Virus record (IMG/VR): IMGVR_UViG_3300023184_009074 | Location: 19,445-83,444 of that record | Origin: a virus | Direction: 5' to 3' (one strand) | DNA length: 64,000 bases | Shown here: positions 26,345-35,270 of the stretch, one piece after another | Layout: each line of letters opens with the position of its first letter | Position numbering within the stretch: the stretch's first letter is position 1 | Translations under genes and position numbers: made by a program | The notes under the pieces: generated by a model | Seen by the model: the letters and a program-made list of their open reading frames with translations, nothing else | Databases searched by the model: none | Told to the model about the DNA's origin: nothing

Positions 26345-28079
26345 TATTGTTTAAAAATGTAGTAATTAATTGCAATTTATTGTTTCTATCTACAACACCA
26401 GATAATCTAGTGTTTAATACATCTAAGTATTTGATAAAATTATTTAAATTATTTGTATTATCAATTAAATCTTTAAATTCAGCTAATCCGTAATCTACAA
26501 AAGTTATTTTTTTATTTAACACTAGTATATTTTGAAGTCTAAATTCTGGATAAAAAATACCATTGTTTGTTAATTCATTAAATATATCTGTTATTTGCAT
26601 TCGCCAATCTTCAGGCAAGTTAAAATTATCATATAAAGATTCTCCACAATAAGACATCTTTATTGTTTTGTTTTCTGTATCAAAACTTATTAATTTTGGT
26701 ACATTATTTAAATTTTTTATTTTTTTTAATATGTTTAATTCTTTTGTAAATATATCTAAGGAATTTTCATGACCTTCTACTATCCATCTTAATTTATCAT
26801 TGTATTTTTTAACTACAATATTATTTTTAGGAAGTAAATAAACATGTGCAGTTGACCCAAATCCATAAGCTTTTAATTCTTCATTAAATTCATTGTCAAT
26901 AGTATTGTGATATTTAAAATTTTCAATAGTATATAAAAATATACTTATTAAATTAACAGATTCTGATTCATCTTTAATTCCTTTTTTACTACATTGTAAA
27001 AAGAATCTCATACTTTCTAACATTTCAATGTATGCTGGAAAATCAATATATTCATTGATGTTTATTTTATAATCTTCCTTGTTTTGGTTGTGTTCTTCAA
27101 AAGAATTTGGATTATGATGTAGTACATATTCATATAAAATATCATACATTAAATTTAACAATAGTATTTTATTTCTTTCAGCATTATCAGACAAAATATT
27201 ATCAATAAAAAAACCAAGACTATTTTCTATTTTTTTAATTCTTTCTCTAATTGGTTCGTAGTGAGGAGAATTAAATATAACATGCAGATTGTTTTGTGTG
27301 TTTGTTGATATATTTTTTTGATATACTGTTTCTTGAATATTATAAATATTTAATTTTTTGTGTAAGTTAGATATTAAAACATCGACCTGATCTGTAATTG
27401 GATAAAGATTTTCAAACAATGTAGGAATGCATTTGTGATTTATGATGTAAAAATGTGTAGAGTGAAATTCATCGTCAAATTTATACCAAATATTATTGTA
27501 TATTTTATTTTTAGAACAAGCATTTAGCATTAAAATATCCCAATCATCTGGTATTTCTTTAATGTATTTCTGAATGTTTTCTGTGTTTGCCACAGAGATA
27601 TCATCTTCTGTTATTATTGTATAATCTTTAAAATTAGTATAACCATATATCATGCTTCTTAAGTGAGAAATATAACATGCCAAAGGACCATCTTGAATGT
27701 GTATGTTATCATCGTTTATTTTTGAAAACTCATCTATTTCTAATGGCTTTAATTCTATTTTAGGATTAAAATCTGAAAGAAATTGCAAGACAAACGATAA
27801 ATCATTTATTAGCTGTTCTTTGTTTTTCCAATAAGTTGCTTTTAAGTGGGAAAAATTATTTAAAGATATTTTTTTAAATTCATTTATTGTACTTTCGTAT
27901 CTTTTACAATCTTTTTCAAGATTTATCATGATGCAATTCATATCAATTTTTTTTTTAAATAAATGATCTTCTATAATTTCTTTAATGTTGATTTTTTTAT
28001 CTGACAAATTACTTGCATATTCTTCATATTGGAATCTTTTAACATCTACTCCTATTAATCTTTTGTCTTTATTGTTCAT
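26337..28079 (-). CDS. GT25-like glycosyltransferase fused to a C-terminal protein-kinase-like domain
   Basis: INL...R, ACYISH, EDD, DWDIL; GFGSTAHVY, VVKK, VPKL, YPEFRLQNIL, DYG. Confidence 0.7.
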   Translation of the reverse strand: MNNKDKRLIGVDVKRFQYEEYASNLSDKKINIKEIIEDHLFKKKIDMNCIMINLEKDCKRYESTINEFKKISLNNFSHLKATYWKNKEQLINDLSFVLQFLSDFNPKIELKPLEIDEFSKINDDNIHIQDGPLACYISHLRSMIYGYTNFKDYTIITEDDISVANTENIQKYIKEIPDDWDILMLNACSKNKIYNNIWYKFDDEFHSTHFYIINHKCIPTLFENLYPITDQVDVLISNLHKKLNIYNIQETVYQKNISTNTQNNLHVIFNSPHYEPIRERIKKIENSLGFFIDNILSDNAERNKILLLNLMYDILYEYVLHHNPNSFEEHNQNKEDYKININEYIDFPAYIEMLESMRFFLQCSKKGIKDESESVNLISIFLYTIENFKYHNTIDNEFNEELKAYGFGSTAHVYLLPKNNIVVKKYNDKLRWIVEGHENSLDIFTKELNILKKIKNLNNVPKLISFDTENKTIKMSYCGESLYDNFNLPEDWRMQITDIFNELTNNGIFYPEFRLQNILVLNKKITFVDYGLAEFKDLIDNTNNLNNFIKYLDVLNTRLSGVVDRNNKLQLITTFLNNIS

Positions 28080-28774
28080 TTTAAATCCTTGGTTTTTAAT
28101 AGTTCATGTGAATTAATTGTTGTAACATCATTTATTACTTCTTCTGTCTTATGAGAAAAAGAGCTTGACTTAAATTTTTTCATATAATTTGGCCCGTAAT
28201 TCATTAGTAAAAACTTATTTGGATTTTTAGGAATAAATGTTTTAATACCCAAAAAATCTACCATTTTAAATGGTAAAAAATCATTTGCATTCCATGTTTT
28301 TTGGAAAAAAATTATTGATTTTTTATTAGATTCATATGTGAATAAATCAACAAATGGCCAACAATACTTTTTTCCTTTTAATGCATATTGCTTCCAATAT
28401 TTAACCCGTGAATTTTCTAATATTTCACTTCCTTTTGAATAACAAAATTTTGTTGTTTCTTTTTTGTCTTTATGGAAAATATTAATACTACTATATTTTT
28501 TTGAAATATCATAAATTTTTTTAGAAATAGTATCATCTACTAATAAGTCAATGTCATCATCCCAAGGTATAAAACCATTGTGTCTAACATATCCTAGAAG
28601 AGTGCCAGAAATCAAACAATGATTTATTTCAAAATCTTTTAGGATAGCAATAGTTTTTTCTAATAATTTAATTGCTGTTTTTTCATGCTGTCCGAAGCCA
28701 TTATTTTTGTTGAAGTGGCTTTCAACAATTTTTTTTGAAATTGTTTTATGGTTTTTATTTTTAAAATTTTCCAT
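28076..28774 (-). CDS. licD: LicD-family phosphotransferase
   Basis: GTLLGYVRHNGFIPWDDDIDL, VDLF, P...L...YG. Confidence 0.9.
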   Translation of the reverse strand: MENFKNKNHKTISKKIVESHFNKNNGFGQHEKTAIKLLEKTIAILKDFEINHCLISGTLLGYVRHNGFIPWDDDIDLLVDDTISKKIYDISKKYSSINIFHKDKKETTKFCYSKGSEILENSRVKYWKQYALKGKKYCWPFVDLFTYESNKKSIIFFQKTWNANDFLPFKMVDFLGIKTFIPKNPNKFLLMNYGPNYMKKFKSSSFSHKTEEVINDVTTINSHELLKTKDLK

Positions 28775-28786
28775 GTTTATTTATTT

Positions 28787-29527
28787 TTAATTGTAAACTT
28801 GCAATGATTGTCTGTCGCTAATATAAACACTATCACCAAAATCAAGTTCAAACCATACATCGTATATTGCTATGTCTAAATCTGTTGTATCAAGCATGTA
28901 ATATCCGTATAGTTTTTCTCTGTAATCCATATCTGCCTTTTCAACAATCATTCTCAAGTCTGTCTCACAAGGCAGACAAGTCCCAGTTCTTTGTTCAATA
29001 CTAATTTTTAGATTACCTCTAATAGCTAAATTTTCATAATATCTTTGAAGATCAGTACCCTTTGGCACATTTGGCGTTATTTGAGCAATTAGATATTGTT
29101 TAGAACCTTTGCGTAGTCTGTTTGGTCTGAATTGGAATGAGAAATCATAAACAAGCGGAATAGGTGCAGTATAAAAAAGATCAGGGTAAATTTGAAATAC
29201 ATTAGTTACATTTGCAGGATCTTCTTCATTTTCAAATATAACATTCCAAACATCAAAGTAATAACCAATTGTGTAGGCTGGAGCAGAAGTTGTTAAATTT
29301 AAAAGATATTTACCTATGCTTTCTTTGGTTACATCTTCACCTTTTATTCTTTCTACTAAATAGCTTTCGTTTGGATTTGTAATATCAGATGAAGTGCTAT
29401 TTACTTTATAAATATCAATATAATTAATGGTGTTGATATCTGCAAAGTTATTTGAGTTATATACAAATAATCTAAGTTTAATATCATCTCCAACTACAGG
29501 ATTTTGATATCTTTCTTTTATTGGCAT
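28787..29527 (-). CDS. hypothetical, probably virion/baseplate protein
   Basis: 246 aa, beta-rich with a repeated DVW motif; late-type upstream motif; next to the gp26-like gene. Confidence 0.6.
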   Translation of the reverse strand: MPIKERYQNPVVGDDIKLRLFVYNSNNFADINTINYIDIYKVNSTSSDITNPNESYLVERIKGEDVTKESIGKYLLNLTTSAPAYTIGYYFDVWNVIFENEEDPANVTNVFQIYPDLFYTAPIPLVYDFSFQFRPNRLRKGSKQYLIAQITPNVPKGTDLQRYYENLAIRGNLKISIEQRTGTCLPCETDLRMIVEKADMDYREKLYGYYMLDTTDLDIAIYDVWFELDFGDSVYISDRQSLQVYN

Positions 29528-29546
29528 AATTTATTTACCTGCTTAA

Positions 29547-29759
29547 TTATTTTTTCTTGTTTTGTTTTCTTACTTCTTCGTTTTCTTTATTTCTTTGCTC
29601 AATAAATCTTTCAATCATGAACGATCTTTCATTAATCGGCATGGACATAACAGAAAATCTATCCATGTGAAGGTGATATTGAAAGAAAAATATTATTTCC
29701 GCTAAATTACTCCATAGAATTAGGCTTGGGTCACTTCCTTCTTCCGCCTTGGGAAGAAA
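29547..29759 (-). CDS. -1 frame extension of the gp26-like gene (gp51-like/GT-like segment), likely reached by frameshift
   Basis: 70 open codons FLPKAEEGSDPSLILWSNLAEIIFFFQYHLHMDRFSVMSMPINERSFMIERFIEQRNKENEEVRKQNKKK*, opening at the slippery site. Confidence 0.7.
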   Translation of the reverse strand, partial: FLPKAEEGSDPSLILWSNLAEIIFFFQYHLHMDRFSVMSMPINERSFMIERFIEQRNKENEEVRKQNKKK

Positions 29760-30820
29760 AAATTTGTATCAAGCGGAAGATCAATTTCAAATTCTGCCGA
29801 ACAATTTGGGCATCCTAAAGGAATCTTTGTATCTAGGCCCCAGTCTGGATCAGTTACAAGCCCTCTTAAATAAGAAACATCTTGCATTGGAAGATTTTTT
29901 ATAAGTGTTAGTATTTCGTTTTTATCTCTTACATTTTCTATGCTTTCTACTAATTGTGCCATGCGGAAAGTAATAGTATCATCTGCTGCTTGGTCGCCAA
30001 ATTTCTTTACTCTTCTTTCACGATGCTCTTGTATTTCATTTTCGTCTTTTCCAATAGACATACGATAGGTAAAGCTAAAACCAGTTTTTGGTAACTTGCC
30101 ACGCAAATCCATACCAGCATCACTAGGATTTTCTACTGGGATATTATTTAAATCAATTACTGTTGCAAATTTTGAACTACAATCAGGACACTTTATTTCA
30201 ACATCATAATCTGGTCCATAGCTAATACCACGAAGATAGATAAGCAAAAATGTGCGATCAATTGAAAGTAATTCTTGAGTTTTTACAGGCTCTTGAATGC
30301 ATCTTTGGAAAATCATGTCAATTGCTTGACCTTTTTTTACAAATCTTGGTGTTGCTAAAATTTGTTCTTCTTCTCCTGTCATTGGTCTAATATTGAGTTT
30401 GCCGTTAATTGGACCATCTTCGCCATTGTAAAATCTACCAAGTGACGGAAGAGTAATTTCTTCATAGATAAACGATTGTCCTTTGATCGCTTCTAGAAGA
30501 TTTGCAAGTTCTAAACTTGCGTTTCTTGGAATTACAATATTTGGTTTTACAGGACCAGTATTAACGGAATTATTAGAATTACTATTCATGAACGGACTGT
30601 CTTCTTGGTTTGATTGCTGTGCTTTTTGCATTGCTGCTGCAACTTGAGGAGGCATACGACCACTAACTCCAGGAATACTCATCACATCTTCTGGTCTTAG
30701 AGATTTAGGCTGTTGATTTTGTGGCTGAACATTCTGTCTTAATGGATGATTATCTGGCAATGATTCAAGATCTTCTTTAGAAATATTTGATGGTTGTGGT
30801 CTGTAAATATCTTCGGCCAT
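29720..30820 (-). CDS. baseplate hub/tail assembly chaperone (T4 gp26-like)
   Basis: LPSLG, IRPMT..EE.IL, DRTFLLIYLRGISYG, CPDC and CPNC, ends NFFFP. Confidence 0.75.
   Translation of the reverse strand: MAEDIYRPQPSNISKEDLESLPDNHPLRQNVQPQNQQPKSLRPEDVMSIPGVSGRMPPQVAAAMQKAQQSNQEDSPFMNSNSNNSVNTGPVKPNIVIPRNASLELANLLEAIKGQSFIYEEITLPSLGRFYNGEDGPINGKLNIRPMTGEEEQILATPRFVKKGQAIDMIFQRCIQEPVKTQELLSIDRTFLLIYLRGISYGPDYDVEIKCPDCSSKFATVIDLNNIPVENPSDAGMDLRGKLPKTGFSFTYRMSIGKDENEIQEHRERRVKKFGDQAADDTITFRMAQLVESIENVRDKNEILTLIKNLPMQDVSYLRGLVTDPDWGLDTKIPLGCPNCSAEFEIDLPLDTNFFFPRRKKEVTQA
29756..29765 (-). promoter_or_regulatory. putative -1 ribosomal frameshift slippery site A-AAT-TTT-TTC
   Basis: Two overlapping in-frame X XXY YYZ heptamers (A AAT TTT and T TTT TTC). 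Confidence 0.7.
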
Positions 30821-30893
30821 TTTAATTTTGCTCCTAATTTTTAAAAATGTATAATATTATTATAATTATAACACGGAAAAAATTCAAATAAAT

Positions 30894-31259
30894 ATGATTT
30901 TTTTAAGCATAAACAATATAGAAGATTTGATATTTACTGATAAAAAAATACGGACTTTACTTCCAAAGTACAAATATTTATTTGATAGCTTTGATCTTTC
31001 TAAAGTAAGTCCAGCCCTTAGACAGCTTGGAATTAGATGTTTAAATGATTTTTTAAAACAAATTAAAGAAGAAGATTTGAAAATTATTGAAAATTATTTA
31101 AATCAAAAAGTGCAAGTAAATCAATTAAATTTAGATGTTGTAAAAAATATAGAAACTGATATTAACTATGCTGAATTAGAACTACCAGAATTTTACAACT
31201 GTATAGATATTTCAATTTATAGAAAAAAAGATGAATTAAAAATATCTTTGTGGAAGTAA
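30894..31259 (+). CDS. hypothetical protein
   Basis: 121 aa ORF. Confidence 0.65.
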   Translation: MIFLSINNIEDLIFTDKKIRTLLPKYKYLFDSFDLSKVSPALRQLGIRCLNDFLKQIKEEDLKIIENYLNQKVQVNQLNLDVVKNIETDINYAELELPEFYNCIDISIYRKKDELKISLWK

Positions 31260-31306
31260 ATTTTTAGCATATAATATATTAATATTTAGTCAAAGGAAGT
31301 AACAAC

Positions 31307-31747
31307 ATGTATTTAGATAACAGTTTTTCGTTTTTTATATTTGCTTTTGGATGCATAGGCATAACAAGTATTATTGTAGATGGAGAAATATTTAGACCAT
31401 TTAGAGAATATTTGAAAGCCAAAGCTCCAGATTTTATAAGTAAATTATTAAGTTGCTATCAATGTTCTGGGTTTTGGGTCGGTACAATTTTTGGTGGATT
31501 GCTTTTTTGGAACAATTTTTATGTAGAAAGCATTCATGCTACTTTAGCTTTTATATTTCTTGCTGGTGGAGCTTCTAGTGCTTTGAGTTATTTCTGGGCT
31601 TTGTATTTAACATATTTAGAAGCAAATTCTTTGATTAAATTGGATTCCGATCAAAGTTTTGATAACGACAGCAATCAAAGTTTTGATAACGACAGCAATC
31701 AAAGTTTTGATAACGACAGCAATTTGAGAGATCCAAGTAATGGCTGA
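31307..31747 (+). CDS. membrane protein with CxxC (DUF1360-like) and C-terminal repeats
   Basis: IFRPFRE...LLSCYQCSGFWVG, three TM segments. Confidence 0.7.
   Translation: MYLDNSFSFFIFAFGCIGITSIIVDGEIFRPFREYLKAKAPDFISKLLSCYQCSGFWVGTIFGGLLFWNNFYVESIHATLAFIFLAGGASSALSYFWALYLTYLEANSLIKLDSDQSFDNDSNQSFDNDSNQSFDNDSNLRDPSNG
31650..31721 (+). repeat. 24-nt tandem repeat x3 (QSFDNDSN)
   Basis: atcaaagttttgataacgacagca x3, exact. Confidence 0.95.
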
Positions 31748-32120
31748 TATTATTAGTTTGTTAGATGTAAAAAGAGCATTGCGTGACAGTGAATTTAGAA
31801 AAGAATTACCATCTTCGTTGTTAGATGATGTTCAAAAATTTTTAAATAATCCTGGATGCGTTTGTAATGTTCCAATATATAGAAAAATAATGAAATTTGG
31901 TGGAGAACAACTCAAGAAATACTTTTCAGAAAAAATACTTGTCACGCCAGAAGAAGAAGAAGCAAAATTAGCAAAAAATAACTGGAGTGTTATAAACTGT
32001 AGTATAGGTGAATTAGAAGCAAATTTAAAAAAATTAAATAAAGGAAGAAAACAAATAGCTATATCAAGATATGAAGACCAAGTTACTGTAATTATAAACG
32101 AATTAGATATTTTATTTTAA
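31740..32120 (+). CDS. hypothetical protein
   Basis: 126 aa, NPGCVCN. Confidence 0.7.
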   Translation: MADIISLLDVKRALRDSEFRKELPSSLLDDVQKFLNNPGCVCNVPIYRKIMKFGGEQLKKYFSEKILVTPEEEEAKLAKNNWSVINCSIGELEANLKKLNKGRKQIAISRYEDQVTVIINELDILF

Positions 32121-33053
32121 ATTAAAAGTCATTTGATTTTCTATCATTTTTTTACATGAATCTATCATTTTAAGAGGATATTTTTTATACTTTTCTGGAA
32201 TAATAAACCAATCATCATGTATATTTCTATTTTTACCAGATATAATTGCGTACTCGTAAAATTTTAAAGCATGTCTAAAGGCTTTGCTTTCATACCAATA
32301 ATCACCTACAAAACACCAAAATTCAGCCATTTGTGGCATTTTTGCTAAGCAAGTAACAATGTTTTGAATTATTTTATTTTTATCAATATTCTTATACATT
32401 AAAATACTAGAAATATAAAATCTTATTAATATTTCATTTTCTTCTTTAATATTTTTACTAAATAAAAATTTTTCTGCTTCGCAGATAAAATTATCATATT
32501 CTCCATTAATTAAGAAATTCATGGCTTTGTAATAATTTATCTGATTATTCAAAGGTTCTTGAATATGCCATTTTTCAAGTATTTCTTTGTAATTTTTTCT
32601 TTTACAATTTGTTGCATTTATAAAAATACCTTTGTTTAATTCAAATGTTTGGTCTTCTATAGACTCAAATACTTTATTTGAAAAAATAAATTTTTCTTTA
32701 AGACATATTCTAGTTTCTTTAACAATTGTAGTGTCGTAAACAATAGAAATTTTGCAATTTTTATTTTCAACTAATGATTTAATTGATTTAGTAATTAAAA
32801 TTTCTCCAACATTAATACTTAAAAGTAAATTATTTGGCAAGATATGATTGTTTTTATTTCTTAGCTTTGAATAATCTTCTTCCCATGAATTGTCTTTTAT
32901 AATTACAATTGTTGGTTGTTCTTCTATGTCTTTTGGTAATGTCGAAGTAGTGATAATATAAATATCATCAACTTCTTCATTTAAAGAAATTAAAGTTTTC
33001 TTTAAATCTTTGTAGTTTTCATCATGGAATAATATTACTGCGGTTATTTTCAA
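32112..33053 (-). CDS. degenerate GT2-like plus TPR-like protein
   Basis: N-terminus resembles GT2-TPR proteins (W..DYS.LRN) but has INVGE where LDADE is expected; helical C-terminus. Confidence 0.5.
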   Translation of the reverse strand: MKITAVILFHDENYKDLKKTLISLNEEVDDIYIITTSTLPKDIEEQPTIVIIKDNSWEEDYSKLRNKNNHILPNNLLLSINVGEILITKSIKSLVENKNCKISIVYDTTIVKETRICLKEKFIFSNKVFESIEDQTFELNKGIFINATNCKRKNYKEILEKWHIQEPLNNQINYYKAMNFLINGEYDNFICEAEKFLFSKNIKEENEILIRFYISSILMYKNIDKNKIIQNIVTCLAKMPQMAEFWCFVGDYWYESKAFRHALKFYEYAIISGKNRNIHDDWFIIPEKYKKYPLKMIDSCKKMIENQMTFNLK

Positions 33054-33210
33054 CTTTATTGTTCTCTACTATTATTTGATTGAAAATATTAGCATGATTC
33101 TTTAAATTGTTCTTTTCGTAATAATCTCTTATTTCTGATAAATCTTTTAAGCTAAATGGATTATTAAAAAGATTTATTAGATTATTGTAAAAATTTTTAA
33201 TCATTGTCAA
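33022..33210 (-). CDS. small hypothetical protein
   Basis: 62 aa, overlaps both neighbours. Confidence 0.5.
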   Translation of the reverse strand: MTMIKNFYNNLINLFNNPFSLKDLSEIRDYYEKNNLKNHANIFNQIIVENNKVENNRSNIIP

Positions 33211-33718
33211 AATTATTATTTCTATAATAGTTTTCTTTTATTTTCATAGAATAAGTACTCGACATTGATTTTTGATACATATCATTTATTCTACGCTTCA
33301 ATTCTTGGTAATTTCTAGCTGCTCTATACAATTGTTTAAAATGATTCAGAATACATGTAGTCATATAATTAAAAGCTTTACCCTTTGCAGGATCGAATTT
33401 TTCTGCTCTTTCAAAACAAATTACAACTCCTTCTTGAATAGAATCATCTTGATCTATATGGCTGAACTTTGCGTATTTAACGATGTTCTCTGACAAAGTG
33501 TAGAAAGCTTTAGCTAATTCAGTTTGTGCTTCTAAATGGCTTTTCTGAGCTTCTAATGGCTGAGTAAGCGGTATGAATAAAACTTTATCTTTGCTGTTTT
33601 TTTTATGTATTTCTACATCTTCATGAAGTATTTCATATTTTAATTTATTTTTTTTCGTTTCTTGAAAATTAATAATTAATTTTTCAAATGTCCTGTTATT
33701 TAAATATTCATTGCTCAT
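33197..33718 (-). CDS. late-transcription sigma factor (T4 gp55-like)
   Basis: YLNN..F, D.IQEG...C, KFDPAKGKAFNYMT..I.NHF. Confidence 0.75.
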   Translation of the reverse strand: MSNEYLNNRTFEKLIINFQETKKNKLKYEILHEDVEIHKKNSKDKVLFIPLTQPLEAQKSHLEAQTELAKAFYTLSENIVKYAKFSHIDQDDSIQEGVVICFERAEKFDPAKGKAFNYMTTCILNHFKQLYRAARNYQELKRRINDMYQKSMSSTYSMKIKENYYRNNNFDND

Positions 33719-33782
33719 TAAGATAAAATAGTTTGTTTTTTATAATTTATACGATAAAATATTATATAACGAAAGGATAAAT

Positions 33783-34022
33783 GTGATAAAAGATTTTATT
33801 GAAATTTTAGAAAGACAAGAACTTTTACAAAAAATTGAAGATGCTGGATTTAAACAAATCATAGATACTTTGCTTTTGAACGAAAATAAAGTTTATACAA
33901 AAAAAGGAAGGCTTAATAAAAGTGGTGCATGTAGAATTTTAAAATGTAAACCAAAAGACTTAGAAGATTTGCTTAAAAAATTTCGTGATATTATTAATGC
34001 TAACCAATTCTTGGAAAAGTAA
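33783..34022 (+). CDS. small protein, possible HTH
   Basis: LNKSGACRILKCKPKDLEDLL; GAAAGGA SD, GTG start. Confidence 0.6.
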   Translation: MIKDFIEILERQELLQKIEDAGFKQIIDTLLLNENKVYTKKGRLNKSGACRILKCKPKDLEDLLKKFRDIINANQFLEK

Positions 34023-34025
34023 TTT

Positions 34026-34526
34026 TTAGTCATTAAAATACGCCCTGTCATATTTTAATGACAGGGAGATATTTAAAATATCATTGCTACTCATGTCTAA
34101 ATCATCAAAATTAATTTCTTCAGGATATGAATTTTCAAAAGTCCAGCTTTCTATTGTGTTTCCACAACCATCAAGCATGGTTAAAAGTGCTTGTTTTTTA
34201 TATTTGGCATCAAGTACATAATTATAATTTCCATCTTTTGGGTTGTAAAAAGGTTTAATCCAATTTGTCCAAATAGGATTCATATTACACTTCGTATCAT
34301 ATAAAACAATATTAATTGGTTTCCATTCAGGCTTAACTGGAAATGATATTGTTTCATTTAAATGTTCAAATGTTTGTGATTTAAAACTTAAGGTTGGTCT
34401 AGCTCCTTTGTTTGGTAAAAGAGCATTAACGCTACCTCCAATAATATTATCAATAGAAAATAACCAACGAAACTTTCTTTTAAAAGTTGCATTACTTAAA
34501 TTTCCTAACCCCATTTGATATGCCAT
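34026..34526 (-). CDS. tail tube-like protein (gp19 family), paralog 2
   Basis: FKRKFRW, RP.L, W.PI...YD, LDGCG..IESW, P..INF.DLD.S, L.YDRA. Confidence 0.85.
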   Translation of the reverse strand: MAYQMGLGNLSNATFKRKFRWLFSIDNIIGGSVNALLPNKGARPTLSFKSQTFEHLNETISFPVKPEWKPINIVLYDTKCNMNPIWTNWIKPFYNPKDGNYNYVLDAKYKKQALLTMLDGCGNTIESWTFENSYPEEINFDDLDMSSNDILNISLSLKYDRAYFND

Positions 34527-34548
34527 ATGATTATATAGTAGTTTAAAT

Positions 34549-34582
34549 AAAAAAAGCTTGCATTATTAAATGCAAGCTTTTT
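34549..34582 (-). terminator. intrinsic terminator after the major tube gene
   Basis: aaaaagcttgcatt-atta-aatgcaagcttttt long inverted repeat. Confidence 0.85.
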
Positions 34583-34602
34583 ATTAAATAATTGAGTATT
34601 AC

Positions 34603-35244
34603 TCAACCAGTTGGTTGAGTTTGATTTCCAACAGAGCCAGGTTGTTTCTCGTCAAATGTTCCACAGCCAGCACAATAAATATCGAAATCTTTAGCACAGG
34701 CACTATTGGGAATGTATTGAAAGTTTCTGTATCTTAAAGTCACATCAATTGTACATTCATCATTTGAAGAATAATCTAATTCTCCAAAATTTATTTGAGT
34801 AGGCCAACAATCTAGATAAATAAATTTATCAATAGTATTGCCACAGCCATCAAGCATAGTTAATACCCCTTCATCGGCAGTGTAACCACCAATAGTAGCT
34901 TGTTTTGAAGATTGACTTAGACCAATAGGATCTGTAAAGTTATACACAGTTGCCAACCAAGTAAATAAGCTTGATATAACATCGCCACCTTCACCACTTG
35001 CTATATCATAATAAGTTACTTGAGTAGTATCAGGAGTTCCTTTGCCAGGAATCCACATTTTTCCATTTAAATAATTAATTTCAGTTTCTTCAATTGTTAA
35101 GCTTGGCCTATTTGCAGCCTTAACAAAAGATGGTGCTATGTATTTTTTTCTACAAACATTAAAAAATTCCATAGTCCAACGAAATTTTCTTTTGAAAATA
35201 TTATCAGCAGTTCCCAGTAACCCTAAACCCATTTGTGTTGCCAT
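34603..35244 (-). CDS. tail tube protein (gp19 family)
   Basis: FKRKFRW, RPSL.IEE, WIPGK, LDGCG, WPTQINFGELDYS, VTLRY; directly after the sheath gene. Confidence 0.9.
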   Translation of the reverse strand: MATQMGLGLLGTADNIFKRKFRWTMEFFNVCRKKYIAPSFVKAANRPSLTIEETEINYLNGKMWIPGKGTPDTTQVTYYDIASGEGGDVISSLFTWLATVYNFTDPIGLSQSSKQATIGGYTADEGVLTMLDGCGNTIDKFIYLDCWPTQINFGELDYSSNDECTIDVTLRYRNFQYIPNSACAKDFDIYCAGCGTFDEKQPGSVGNQTQPTG

Positions 35245-35270
35245 TTTTTTCTCCTTGTCTTAAATTTAAA

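Noticed and set aside
31650-31721. 24-nt repeats as a mini CRISPR array
   Set aside because: Head-to-tail with no spacers, in frame within a CDS, and no cas genes.
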